64,000 nucleotides of DNA from Polyangiales bacterium (GTDB lineage Bacteria; Myxococcota_A; Polyangia; Polyangiales; Polyangiaceae). The notes beneath the pieces are model-generated. The model searched no databases. It worked only from the letters and a program-made list of their open reading frames with translations, and was not told where the DNA came from. The position numbers were made by a program, and so were the translations under genes. The stretch lies in contig JBBQXV010000002.1 in the NCBI GenBank assembly GCA_038209335.1, positions 18,880 through 82,879 of the forward strand. Direction: 5' to 3'. This document shows positions 48,173 to 59,014 of the stretch, one piece after another (the first letter of the stretch is position 1; every line of letters starts with the position of its first letter).

Positions 48173-48898
48173 ATGCGCGTACCGTCCATTGTCGTCCTCG
48201 CTGGGCTCGTCGTGTCCGTACCGCTCGTTGCTGCTGCGTGCGCGTCCGCGCCGACGACGCCCAAACTCGACGCACCCGACAACGTCGCGACCCTGGCTTC
48301 GTCGGCCACCGCGCCGGCCACCATCGCGCCTCCGCCGACGGCCTCCGCCACGCCGACGACCGACAACATGACGGCGGCGCAGTACGCAGCGCTCGACGTC
48401 ACCGAGCACGGGACGACAATCACGCTCACTCCGCTCTTCGACAAGAAAGCACCGAAGAGCTCGTTCCCGGCGTCGAAGACGGGTGACCGCGAATGCTGGT
48501 CGACCATTAGTCTGAGCGGCGATCACAAGAAGGACTACGACAACATCCTCGCGCGTTGCGGAACGCCGACGGGTCTGCGCGAGTACATCAAGGCGGCCGT
48601 CGGGCGCCTCCACCACGTGCACGACAAGCGAGACACGTACCGCCTCAAGCTCGCGGGCGGCTTCTGTTACCGCTACTTCGCCGTCGCCGATTCTGGCGTC
48701 ACCGATCTCGACATCTTGGTCGAGACGACCACGGGCGCGCTCGTCGCCGATGACCGCACGAAGCAGCCGGTCGCGATCATCGAGAACGACAAACCTTGGT
48801 GCCTCGACGACGACAAGGAGTTCGACTTTCACATCGAGGTCGACGGGCCGGGCAGCGGCTTCTACGTGTTCGGCGTGTGGGGACGTCCGAAGAAGTGA
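48173..48898 (+). CDS. Secreted protein, hypothetical
   Basis: Signal peptide MRVPSIVVLAGLVVSVPLVAAAC. Then a Thr/Pro/Ala linker and a globular domain with 4 Cys. Confidence 0.55.
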   Translation: MRVPSIVVLAGLVVSVPLVAAACASAPTTPKLDAPDNVATLASSATAPATIAPPPTASATPTTDNMTAAQYAALDVTEHGTTITLTPLFDKKAPKSSFPASKTGDRECWSTISLSGDHKKDYDNILARCGTPTGLREYIKAAVGRLHHVHDKRDTYRLKLAGGFCYRYFAVADSGVTDLDILVETTTGALVADDRTKQPVAIIENDKPWCLDDDKEFDFHIEVDGPGSGFYVFGVWGRPKK

Positions 48899-48907
48899 GC
48901 TGACGAA

Positions 48908-49909
48908 TCAGCGCGCGGGGACGCACACGTCCGACGATGCGCTGCCGTCCGGACGCGTGGCGTGCGCGAACGAGAGTCGCCCCTCGAAGCGCGCACACGA
49001 TTTGTTGTAGGTGCTCGACGCTTGCGGGACGCAGATGCCTTGCGTGGAGATCGCGGGATCGCGAACGCAAAACGTCGGCGCTTCGCCGGCGCGATCGGCG
49101 CACGAGTGCGTGCACGAGACGGTGCACGTGCCTTGCGCTGCGCCGCTGGAGAAGCGGCAACGAGCACCTGCGCCGTCGCACTGCGCGTCGCTCGTGCACT
49201 CCGAGCCGACCCACCGCGACGTGACATCCACGGCGTCGCCGTTCGCGTCGCGCTCGATCGCGCGCTGGATCTTCACCGGCGTCGACGGGTGTTGATGCAC
49301 GAGGAAGAAGATCTCTTGGATGTCGTCGGCGCCGATGCGCACGCAGCCGTGCGAGACGTACCCGCGACGGAGCGAGCCGCCGTTCGGATCGGTATAGTGA
49401 TCGATCGGACCGTGCAGGCCGTATCCCGACGTCGGTGTCCCCGACAATCGCAGGAACGGGAGCCCCGCGAACACGGGCTTCTTCACGCCGTCGACGACGT
49501 CCCAGATGCGGCACGAGTAGTAGTCGCCCCATTGCGCGTCGGTCGCGACGTGCGTGTTCGCGCCGGTGTGGAAGACGCCTCCCGCGGCGTGATCGCTCGT
49601 CGGCGTCATCGAAACGCCCGTCGCATCGAGCGCGCCCGCCGCCACCGCGTACACGCGATCGAATCCGACCGTCGTGTCGAAGAGATGAAGCGTCAGCCCG
49701 TCGAGCGAGACGACGATCTGCGGATTGTGAAGTGGCGCGAGGCCGGGGCGAAGCGACGGCGTCTTGCACTCGAGCGCATGTCCCCAGCTCGACGTCGTGC
49801 TCTCTTCGACGTCGCCTACACCAACGTGATCCGGGTCCTCACTCGCGGCGCTGCACGCGATGAAAGCCGGAAAAAACAAGGCAATCGCGGCGCACTTGTG
49901 TAGGTGCAT
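48908..49909 (-). CDS. L,D-transpeptidase-domain lipoprotein with a C-terminal Cys-rich module
   Basis: Signal peptide plus lipobox (FFPAFIAC|S). The YkuD catalytic motif is present as SHGCVRIGADDIQEIF. The C-terminal 90 aa hold 10 Cys. Confidence 0.75.
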   Translation of the reverse strand: MHLHKCAAIALFFPAFIACSAASEDPDHVGVGDVEESTTSSWGHALECKTPSLRPGLAPLHNPQIVVSLDGLTLHLFDTTVGFDRVYAVAAGALDATGVSMTPTSDHAAGGVFHTGANTHVATDAQWGDYYSCRIWDVVDGVKKPVFAGLPFLRLSGTPTSGYGLHGPIDHYTDPNGGSLRRGYVSHGCVRIGADDIQEIFFLVHQHPSTPVKIQRAIERDANGDAVDVTSRWVGSECTSDAQCDGAGARCRFSSGAAQGTCTVSCTHSCADRAGEAPTFCVRDPAISTQGICVPQASSTYNKSCARFEGRLSFAHATRPDGSASSDVCVPAR

Positions 49910-49971
49910 GGGCGCCTATATGACACGTTCGCGCGAGCACGCAAACGCGACGCGACTGCTAAGGTCAGCGG

Positions 49972-51003
49972 GTGCGGCAATGCTTCTCCATCGCGCTCGC
50001 GGCGCTCTGCACGATCGTTTCGTTCGCGGGGTGCGGGGACACGAAGGCGAGTGCGCCGACGGAAGGCGGTGCCGACGCGCAGGTCGATGCTCCCTTTGCG
50101 GACGATGCGTCGCTCGATGGCGCTGTCGACGCGTCACTCGACGGCGCGCGCGCCGACACCGGCCCCCCGCCGATCATCGACTGCCCGATTGCCGACGCGG
50201 GATCGCTCGACGACGGCGGCACCGGACCGCGCCGACTGCGCGTCGTGTCGTCGAACCTCACGAGCGGCAACGCGCAAGCATACGAAGCGCCGGGCATCGA
50301 CATCCTGCGCGGCCTCGCCCCCGACGTCGTCCTCTTCCAAGAATTCAACTACAAGCTCGGCACGACGCGCGATCTCGTCGACGCCGCGCTCGGCGCGTCG
50401 TTCTGCGTTTACCGAGAGCCGCGCGCGACCGGCATTCCGAACGGAATCGCGAGCCGCTTCCCGATCGTCGACGCAGGGCAATGGAGCGATCCCGACATTC
50501 CGGATCGCTCGTTCGTCTGGGCGCGGATCGATGTGCCGGGGCCGACGGATCTCTGGGCGGTCAGCTTGCACCTGAAGACCGGAAGCGCGACGACGCGCGC
50601 CTCCGAGGCGACGCTGCTCGTGAGCTACGTGCAGTCGGCGATCCCGAGCGGTGACTACTTGGTCATCGGCGGCGATCTCAACGCGGACAACGAAGCGGAG
50701 CCGGCGCTCGTGACGCTCGCGTCGATCGTCGTGACCGCGTCGCCGTGGCCCGCCGATCAGCTCGGTAACAACCGGACGAACGCGAGCCGCGCGAAGCCGT
50801 ACGACTGGGTGCTCGCGAACACGACGCTCGACGCGAAGAAGACCGCGCTCGTCCTCGGCGCGAGCACGTATGCGAACGGCCTCGTCTTCGACAGCCGCGT
50901 CTACACGCCGCTCACCGAGGTCACGCCGGTGCTCGTGACCGACTCGGCGGCGACGAACATGCAGCACATGGCGGTCGCGAGGGATTTTCTGATCGGACCG
51001 TGA
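49972..51003 (+). CDS. Endonuclease/exonuclease/phosphatase (EEP) family lipoprotein
   Basis: Lipobox (IVSFAGC|G). VLFQEFN and IGGDLN motifs of the EEP fold are present. Confidence 0.75.
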   Translation: MRQCFSIALAALCTIVSFAGCGDTKASAPTEGGADAQVDAPFADDASLDGAVDASLDGARADTGPPPIIDCPIADAGSLDDGGTGPRRLRVVSSNLTSGNAQAYEAPGIDILRGLAPDVVLFQEFNYKLGTTRDLVDAALGASFCVYREPRATGIPNGIASRFPIVDAGQWSDPDIPDRSFVWARIDVPGPTDLWAVSLHLKTGSATTRASEATLLVSYVQSAIPSGDYLVIGGDLNADNEAEPALVTLASIVVTASPWPADQLGNNRTNASRAKPYDWVLANTTLDAKKTALVLGASTYANGLVFDSRVYTPLTEVTPVLVTDSAATNMQHMAVARDFLIGP

Positions 51004-51261
51004 CTCGTCAGCCGTGCTGCGCGAGAAATAGATGATGAGCCCTTCGGTAAGAGACCGCTGTAGATGCCGAAGACGAGCGCGTTGACGTGGAGCGTGAGGC
51101 ACGTGACGACGAACGCGACGCGCGGCTCGGTGGCGACGACGAAGCCGGGCGACGAACTAGGAGGCAGACGCCGAGGACGCGGCGATGCCGCCGCCGAGCA
51201 TCCACTTCCACAATGCGCCCCCGCCGCCGCCGCCGGACACCGCGCGACTATACCGGCGCGG

Positions 51262-52161
<900 letters not shown>

Positions 52162-52184
52162 TAGCGGCTACCATCGACCGCACG

Positions 52185-54140
52185 ATGAGCAAGTCCGATC
52201 CGCGAAGACCGAACGACTCGATGACGCAAGTGCGCGATGTCATCTCGGGGGGCGAGCCCGCGACGATCAAGCAGCAGGACCGGAGCTCACCGTCGCGCCT
52301 CGCGTACGATCCGCCGAACGAGCTCCTCGACGACGATCGCTTCGAAGCGCGCTACGAGGTGACCGAGCGGCTCGGCGAAGGAGGAATGGGCGTCGTCGAT
52401 TCGTGCCTCGATCGGCGTATCGGGCGCGAGATCGCGATGAAGACGGCGCGCGCGGGATCGGGATCGCAAGGCGACACGCGCGCGCGATTTCTCCGCGAGG
52501 CGCGCGTGCAAGGGCAGCTCGAGCATCCGGCGATCGTCCCCGTGCACGATCTCGGGCGCGCGCCCGACGGGTCCGAGTTCTTCACGATGAAGCGGGTTCG
52601 CGGCCTCACGCTCGACGACATCCTCAACGGCCTGCGCCGCGACGACGAAGGGATGATCGAGCAGTACTCGCGACGGCGCCTGCTCACCGCGTTTCTTCAA
52701 GTCGCGCTCGCGGTGCACTTCGCGCACACGCGCGGCGTCCTCCATCGCGATCTCAAGCCGGGCAACATCATGCTCGGGCACTTCGGGGCGGTGTATGTCC
52801 TCGACTGGGGGCTCGCAAAGCTCACGAGCGTCGACGTGGAGGAGATGAAGGGGCCGCCGAGCGTCGACGTTCCGCCGAGCGGGCAGGACGCGCAGACGAT
52901 CGAAGGCGAGCTGATGGGGACGCCGGGGTACATGGCGCCCGAGCAAGTCACCGGCGATCATCCGGTCGACGGGCGCGCGGACGTGTATGCGCTCGGCGCG
53001 ATCCTCTTCGAGATCATCACGCTCGAAGCGCTTCATCCGCGCACGGGCGACGTGAAGGAGACGCTCGAGTCGACCGTTCGTGGCGCGGAGACGCGGCTGC
53101 GCGCGCCGGAGCGCGACGTTCCGCCGGAGCTCGAGGAGGTGTGCCGCAAAGCGACCATGCTCGATCCGGCGACGCGCTACACGACGGCGCGCGCGCTGTG
53201 CGACGCGATCGAGCGCTTCCTCGACGGCGATCGCGACATGGCGCGGCGCATCTCGCTATCGCTCGAGCACGCGAGCACCGCGGGGGAGCACGCGGATCGC
53301 GCGCTCGCGGGCGGCGCCTCGTCGGTCGATGCGCGTCGGCTCGCGATGCGTGACGTGAGCCGCTCCCTGGCGCTCGATCCGACGAATCAGGACGCGATGC
53401 GAACCGTCGTGCGCCTGCTGACCGAGCCGCCGCGCGAGCTTCCTCCCGAAGCGCAGGCCGAGGTCGACGCATCGGCGCAGCGCACGCTCCGCGTGAGCAC
53501 GCGCGTCGCGACGCTCGCGTACTTCAGCTGGGCGTTCTACGTGCCGCTCGTCCTGTGGATGGGCATTCGCGATTTCACCTTCGCGGCGGGCGCGGCGGTC
53601 GCGTGGGCGATCGCGACGGCGGCCGCGGTCTGGGTATTTCGTCAGAGGACGATCGGCTCGTTCGCGCGTTGGGCGGTGATCCTATTGAGCACGCTGGCCA
53701 TCGGCGCGACGAGCACCGCATTCGGTCCATTCGTGATCCTCCCGAGCATGGCCGCCATCAACGCGACGATGCTCGTCGTCAACTTCGATCGCTCGCTCCG
53801 CGCCGTGACGATGCTCCTCGGTTGCCTCGCGGTGCTCGGTCCTGCGGCGCTTGGCGCGATCGGCGTGCTCCCGCGTCCCTATTCGTTCGGTGCGGACGCG
53901 ATCGTGATCCTGCCGCAGATGCTCCACTTCCCCGAGATCCCGACGACGGTGTTCCTCGTCGTCTCGAACGTCGCGATCATTCTCACCGCGTGCCTGATGG
54001 TCGCGCGCATTCGCGATTCGGTGGGCCAAGCGGAGCGACGCCTGCAAGTGCAAGCGTGGCAGCTGCGCCAACTCTTCCCGCCGGAGGCGCAAGCGGCGGC
54101 GGCGCACTCGACGACGACGGTGCGCGGCTTCTTCGCGTGA
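52185..54140 (+). CDS. Ser/Thr protein kinase with a C-terminal multi-TM membrane domain
   Basis: GEGGMGVV, IAMK, HRDLKPGN, DWG (a DFG variant) and APE are present. After residue 440 there are 5-6 hydrophobic helices. Confidence 0.85.
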   Translation: MSKSDPRRPNDSMTQVRDVISGGEPATIKQQDRSSPSRLAYDPPNELLDDDRFEARYEVTERLGEGGMGVVDSCLDRRIGREIAMKTARAGSGSQGDTRARFLREARVQGQLEHPAIVPVHDLGRAPDGSEFFTMKRVRGLTLDDILNGLRRDDEGMIEQYSRRRLLTAFLQVALAVHFAHTRGVLHRDLKPGNIMLGHFGAVYVLDWGLAKLTSVDVEEMKGPPSVDVPPSGQDAQTIEGELMGTPGYMAPEQVTGDHPVDGRADVYALGAILFEIITLEALHPRTGDVKETLESTVRGAETRLRAPERDVPPELEEVCRKATMLDPATRYTTARALCDAIERFLDGDRDMARRISLSLEHASTAGEHADRALAGGASSVDARRLAMRDVSRSLALDPTNQDAMRTVVRLLTEPPRELPPEAQAEVDASAQRTLRVSTRVATLAYFSWAFYVPLVLWMGIRDFTFAAGAAVAWAIATAAAVWVFRQRTIGSFARWAVILLSTLAIGATSTAFGPFVILPSMAAINATMLVVNFDRSLRAVTMLLGCLAVLGPAALGAIGVLPRPYSFGADAIVILPQMLHFPEIPTTVFLVVSNVAIILTACLMVARIRDSVGQAERRLQVQAWQLRQLFPPEAQAAAAHSTTTVRGFFA

Positions 54141-54162
54141 GCGTCCGTGCTAGACACGCAGC

Positions 54163-54699
54163 GTGACGCAAATCGCCGACGCGCCCTCGCCCGAGACCGT
54201 CACGGACGCGCCCATCGTCCAGATTCGCATCGGCCCGACGGGGCTGCCGGTCGGCGCGACCGGTTCGATCCGCATCCGCGCGCCCGCGTCGCGTGTGTGG
54301 ACGGTCGTCTCGGACGTCGACTCGTTCTCGTCGCGCGTGCCGATGATCAGCCGCATCAAGCGCGACGGCGATCGCGTGACCGTACAATTGAAGTTCAAGG
54401 TCTCGTTCTTCTCGGTCGGCTTCGAGTTCGTCGCCGACGCGACGCGCGACGAAGGTCGCCGCCTCGATTTGCGCTGGGTCTCCGGCGAGCCACGCGCGAT
54501 CCACCTCGGCTTCGAGATCGTCCCGGTCGCGGACGCGGGCGAGTGCGTGCTCCGCGTCGACGGCGGCTTCGACGTCCAGTCGCTCGGATGGCTCGCGAAA
54601 TACTTCTTGAAGAACCATCCGGAGATCGAGTTCGGGATCTATCCGGGCGTCGTGCTCGTCCTCCTCGACTCGATGAACCGCGCCGCGCTCGGCAAGTAG
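54163..54699 (+). CDS. SRPBCC (START/polyketide-cyclase-like) family protein
   Basis: A 178-aa protein. The pattern WTVVSDVDSFSSRVPMI...FEF is typical of the Polyketide_cyc2 fold. Confidence 0.6.
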   Translation: MTQIADAPSPETVTDAPIVQIRIGPTGLPVGATGSIRIRAPASRVWTVVSDVDSFSSRVPMISRIKRDGDRVTVQLKFKVSFFSVGFEFVADATRDEGRRLDLRWVSGEPRAIHLGFEIVPVADAGECVLRVDGGFDVQSLGWLAKYFLKNHPEIEFGIYPGVVLVLLDSMNRAALGK

Positions 54700-54706
54700 A
54701 CGCGCG

Positions 54707-55942
54707 CTACGGGGTGACCGCCTGGAGCACGGGCGCGAGGATCTGATCGTGGAGCGTGAAGCGCGAATCCTGCGCGAGCTTCACGACGTCGAAGCCGACC
54801 ATCGGATCTTTTCCGAAGCGCACGACCAGCATGTCGAGGCTCGGGATCACGTCGACGAACTGGTTTCCGAAACCGCGCATCGCGAAGAGATCGGTCGGCG
54901 CGAACGGAACCATGCGTCCTTGCCACGCGACGCTCATCGCATCGAGCGCGGGCGTCGCGCCGTTCAACCACCACAGAAATCCGTACGCCTTGTTCATCGG
55001 CTGCGACGGCGTGAGCGTCGCGGTCACCCACGTCGACGGGATCACCTGCGTCCCGGCCCAGCTCCCGCCGTGCAGATAGAGGTACCCGAGACGCGCGTGA
55101 TCGCGGCACGACGCGAGGACGTTCGCGTACGTCGTCGGGTTGCCCGATGGATCGTGCTTCCAGCTCGCCGTCGATCCGATCCGCGGCCACAGGTGCAGCG
55201 CCGCGTACTCTTCGATCGTGTGCCCGGTCGCGACGCGGAAGACGCGCTCTAGGACTTGCACGCTGCCGTTGTCGTACGTCCACTTCGATCCGGGCGGATC
55301 GACGAGCGGGCGATCGATCGCGAACGTCGTGTCGTCCGACGCGAACGTCGCGAGGCTGACGTAATCCTCGAACGCGTCCCACTTGAGGCCCGACGTCATG
55401 CTCACGAGATCGCGGATGGTGATCTGCGTGCGATCGGTCCCTTGCCATTCGGGGACGAAGTCCGAGGCTCTCTGATCGAGACCGCGGATGTCGCCGCGAT
55501 CGATCGCGATCCCGACGAGCGCGCTCGTGTACGACTTCGCGATCGACCACGATGGGTTTCTCGTGGTCGGGTTCGTTCCGTTCCAGTAGCGCTCGTACAC
55601 GAGGCGACCGTGACGGATGACGAGCATGCAGTACGAGTCGTTCGCTTCGGCGATCGCGGCGGCAGCATCGAGCTTCGCGACGTCGAGGGCGACGTCGGAC
55701 GGGAGCCCCGTCGGCCAATCGGGGCTCGGGTAGAGGACACCCGTGCTCGCGCCGTCGGGTGCCGATGCCGCATCGACGGCCGCGTCGACGTCGGGCGCAG
55801 GCGGATCGATCGTCCCCGCGTCGATCGTGGGGGGCGTCGTGGGCGACGAACGCGGCTCGTGCCGCGTCGAAGGGACCTCCGGCACCGAGCTCCCGCACGC
55901 CACCACGAGCGCCGTCGCCACCACTCCGAGGATGCGATTCAT
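54707..55942 (-). CDS. Serine hydrolase, beta-lactamase-related family, lipoprotein
   Basis: MNRILGVVATALVVAC|GSS is a lipobox. The SxxK active-site motif is SWSIAKS. A YxN-like YDNGS motif is also present. The ATG at 55942 is in frame with track ORF 54707-55999. Confidence 0.8.
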   Translation of the reverse strand: MNRILGVVATALVVACGSSVPEVPSTRHEPRSSPTTPPTIDAGTIDPPAPDVDAAVDAASAPDGASTGVLYPSPDWPTGLPSDVALDVAKLDAAAAIAEANDSYCMLVIRHGRLVYERYWNGTNPTTRNPSWSIAKSYTSALVGIAIDRGDIRGLDQRASDFVPEWQGTDRTQITIRDLVSMTSGLKWDAFEDYVSLATFASDDTTFAIDRPLVDPPGSKWTYDNGSVQVLERVFRVATGHTIEEYAALHLWPRIGSTASWKHDPSGNPTTYANVLASCRDHARLGYLYLHGGSWAGTQVIPSTWVTATLTPSQPMNKAYGFLWWLNGATPALDAMSVAWQGRMVPFAPTDLFAMRGFGNQFVDVIPSLDMLVVRFGKDPMVGFDVVKLAQDSRFTLHDQILAPVLQAVTP

Positions 55943-56099
55943 CGTGCAGAACCGTACCGATCGCGGGCCGCACCGCGCTCCTCCGTCCCCGCCAATCACT
56001 CCGTTAAGTGCGCCAATCTCACGAGAATCCGCGGCGTCGTCCGTTCGAGGGACATGCGCCCGTGTGTGCGCATGGGCAGGTTCTTCGTCTCACCAACCG

Positions 56100-57428
56100 A
56101 TGACAATGCCCGGGGGACAGCTGCGGACGCAGCAGATCAGCGGCGACGCGCTCGCCGGAGTCGCGGCCATCGACGCCAGCGTTCGCGCTCCCGTGCGCGA
56201 GGGCGAGGTCATCGCGGGGCGCTACCGCGTCGAGCGCGTGCTCGGTGTCGGCGGGATGGGCGTCGTCGTGGCGGCGACACACCTCGGTCTCGAGCAGCGT
56301 GTGGCGATCAAGTTCGTGCTGCCGCCCGCCGCCACGGACGATGCGCTCCTCGAGCGGTTTCTTCGCGAGGCGCGCGCGGTCGCGCGGCTGAAGAGCGAGC
56401 ACGTCACGAAGGTGCTCGACGTCGGCAAGCTCGACACCGGCGCGCCGTACATGGTGATGGAGCTCCTCGAAGGGTGCGATCTCGGCGCGCTCGTCGCGAA
56501 GCACGGGCCATTGCCGGTCGACGCCGCCGCCGAGTACATCGCGCAGGCGTGCGAGGCCGTCGCCGAGGCGCACGCGCAGGGGATCATTCATCGCGACATC
56601 AAACCGCAGAATCTGTTTCTGACGACGCACATGGGCGGCTCGCCGCTCGTGAAGGTGCTCGACTTCGGTGTGTCGAAGGTGTCCATCGCAGGGATCGAGA
56701 CGCTCACGCGATCGACGACGGTGATGGGCTCGCCGCTCTACATGTCGCCCGAGCAAATGCGATCGGCGCGGGACGTCGATCCGCGGAGCGACGTGTGGTC
56801 GCTCGGGATCGTGCTCTTCGAGCTGTTGACGGGGCGCGTGCCGTTCGACGCCGACTCGATGCCGGCGCTGTGCCTGAAGGTCGTCAGCGACGACATGCCG
56901 CGCCTTGATCGCGATCGCACCGACGTGCCGGCGGAGCTCGCGGCGATCGTGCTGCGCTGCCTCGCGAAGGATCCCGATCGGCGCTACCGCGATGCGGCGG
57001 AGCTCGGTGCCGCGCTCACGCGGTTCCTCGCGACGCGTCCGGCGCAGACGGCGGGCATGACGGAGACGATGTCCGTCACGATCGCGCCGCCGCGCCAACC
57101 GAAGGTCGCGGTCATCGCGATGCTCGGGGCGGTCGTCGGCTTGATGCTCGCGTCGATCGTCGGCGGCGTCGTGGTGCATCGCGCGCGCACCGAAGCACCC
57201 GCGCGCGCGCCGTCGAGCGCGCCGTCCGCGAGCGCGCCGCTGCCGGCGCCGTCCGCGTCGTCGGAGGCGCCGCCGATCATGCTTCCGGAGATCGCGCCGT
57301 CGGCGTCGGCGAGCGCAGCGCCGTCCGCGACGCCGCCGCCGAAGCCGCCGGTCGTGAAGCCCGTCGCTCCGCGCCCGCCGCCGAAGCCGGCTCCGAACGA
57401 CGACGACGACATCCCGTCGATGCGGTAG
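56100..57428 (+). CDS. Ser/Thr protein kinase with a TM helix and a Pro/Ala/Ser-rich C-terminal tail
   Basis: GVGGMGVVV, VAIK, HRDIKPQN, DFG and SPE are present. A TM helix (VAVIAMLGAVVGLMLASIVGGVVV) follows. The ATG at 56100 is in frame with track ORF 55743-57428. Confidence 0.85.
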   Translation: MTMPGGQLRTQQISGDALAGVAAIDASVRAPVREGEVIAGRYRVERVLGVGGMGVVVAATHLGLEQRVAIKFVLPPAATDDALLERFLREARAVARLKSEHVTKVLDVGKLDTGAPYMVMELLEGCDLGALVAKHGPLPVDAAAEYIAQACEAVAEAHAQGIIHRDIKPQNLFLTTHMGGSPLVKVLDFGVSKVSIAGIETLTRSTTVMGSPLYMSPEQMRSARDVDPRSDVWSLGIVLFELLTGRVPFDADSMPALCLKVVSDDMPRLDRDRTDVPAELAAIVLRCLAKDPDRRYRDAAELGAALTRFLATRPAQTAGMTETMSVTIAPPRQPKVAVIAMLGAVVGLMLASIVGGVVVHRARTEAPARAPSSAPSASAPLPAPSASSEAPPIMLPEIAPSASASAAPSATPPPKPPVVKPVAPRPPPKPAPNDDDDIPSMR

Positions 57429-57452
57429 CGCTCCGCGAGTTAGACTCTCTCC

Positions 57453-58268
57453 ATGCGAGGAGCGACGCTCGACGAGCTCGCGCACGATCCGGTCGGCCGC
57501 TTCGTCGCGGGGGAGACGTTCGTGCACTTTTGCGCGCACGCGGGGCTGTGGGGCGTCGTGCTGTGGGGGCGGCCGGACGAGTCGCACGCGCGACAGCTCG
57601 GGCGATCGCTGGTGCTCGAGCTCGCGCCGCCTGCCGAGCGGCACGTGTCGATCGTCGACGCGAGCCGTCTCGAGAACGGAAACGAAGGGGCGTTCGGCGC
57701 GCTCGAGCGTTACGTCACGCGCTACGGCGCGCTCTTGCAAGAGTGGGTGACGAAGCTCGCGATCGTGCGATCGAAGGGGCTCGGCGGGGCGATCGTCGCG
57801 GGCGCGCAAGACGTGTTGCCGCTTCCGTATCCGGTCTGCGTGTTCGACGACGCGCGCGCGGCGCTCGCGTGGCTCGGCGAGCGTTCGCCAGCGGCGTTGG
57901 CCGAGAGACTCACGGAGCTCTACAGCGAAGCGTCGGGTACGCCGCCGTTTCTCGGCGAGCTCCGCGCGCTGCTCGACGCGACCTTGGCGGGCGTGCACGT
58001 CGCGGACGCGGCGAAGGCGCTCTGTCTCTCCGAACGGACGCTGCAGCGGAAGCTCGGCGAAGCGAAGACGACGTTCCAGCTCGAGACGATCGACGCGCGG
58101 GTGCGCGCCGCGAAGAGGATGCTCCTCGACGGGGATGCGCCGCTGACGACGATCGCGATCGAATCGGGGTGCGCGTCGCTGCAGCACTTCAATACGTTGT
58201 TCCGCAAGCGGACGGGCGAGCTCCCGAGCGCGTGGCGCAAGCGGATGCGCGCGGGGCGTGGCGAATGA
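57453..58268 (+). CDS. AraC-family transcriptional regulator
   Basis: The C-terminal HTH pair reads LCLSERTLQRKL and LQHFNTLFRKRTG. Confidence 0.75.
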   Translation: MRGATLDELAHDPVGRFVAGETFVHFCAHAGLWGVVLWGRPDESHARQLGRSLVLELAPPAERHVSIVDASRLENGNEGAFGALERYVTRYGALLQEWVTKLAIVRSKGLGGAIVAGAQDVLPLPYPVCVFDDARAALAWLGERSPAALAERLTELYSEASGTPPFLGELRALLDATLAGVHVADAAKALCLSERTLQRKLGEAKTTFQLETIDARVRAAKRMLLDGDAPLTTIAIESGCASLQHFNTLFRKRTGELPSAWRKRMRAGRGE

Positions 58269-59014
58269 CGCGCGTGGCGCGGGCTGCAGCGATCGCGATC
58301 GCGTGCGCGAGCGTCGCGTGCCGATCGAGCGGCGCGGGCGATACCGCGAGCGACGCCGGATGCGTGATCCCATCGATGCTCGATCTCTACCCGGACGTAG
58401 GTATCCCCAAGCCGTTCGAGCCCGGGCCGGCCGCGCCGTCGTGCGTCGCCTCCGCGCACGACGTCGTCATCGTCCTCGGGTGCCCGAGCAACGACGATGG
58501 AACGCCGTCGAGCTGCCAGACGTCGCGCGCCGACATCGCGATCGGGCTCGCGCACGCCGGCTACGGCTCGCGCTTCATCACGTCCGGCGCCGCCGTGCAC
58601 AACGCCTTCGTCGAGGCCGACGCGCTGAAGTCGCTCCTCGTCGCGCGTGGCGTCGCGAGCGACGACGTCACCGTCGAGAACCGCGCGCAGCACACCGACG
58701 AGAACCTCTACTTCGCGACGAAGATCATGCAGGCGCGCAGTTGGATGACCGCGCTCGTCGTCTCGGACACGCCGTCGCATCTCGTCCTGACCGCGACGTG
58801 CGACTCGAACTGCTGCGTCGATCTCGGACGACTCACCGTCTTCGACTTTCCGTTCGACGGCGGCACCGTCAAGGCCGGTCACTACGCGCTCTATCCGCTC
58901 GGCACCGAGGTGTCGGCGGCGGAGTGCGCTCACATCGAAGAGCCGTCGAAGCTGATGTGCATCGCGCTCGCGGGTCGCCTCGCGTGCAAGGACGCGTTCA
59001 AGCTCCCGCCGTGA
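58265..59014 (+). CDS. DUF218 (YdcF/ElyC/SanA-like) lipoprotein
   Basis: Lipobox (AAIAIACASVAC|RSS). HDVVIVLGCPS is the DUF218 core motif. The ATG overlaps the AraC stop as ATGA. Confidence 0.65.
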   Translation: MTRVARAAAIAIACASVACRSSGAGDTASDAGCVIPSMLDLYPDVGIPKPFEPGPAAPSCVASAHDVVIVLGCPSNDDGTPSSCQTSRADIAIGLAHAGYGSRFITSGAAVHNAFVEADALKSLLVARGVASDDVTVENRAQHTDENLYFATKIMQARSWMTALVVSDTPSHLVLTATCDSNCCVDLGRLTVFDFPFDGGTVKAGHYALYPLGTEVSAAECAHIEEPSKLMCIALAGRLACKDAFKLPP

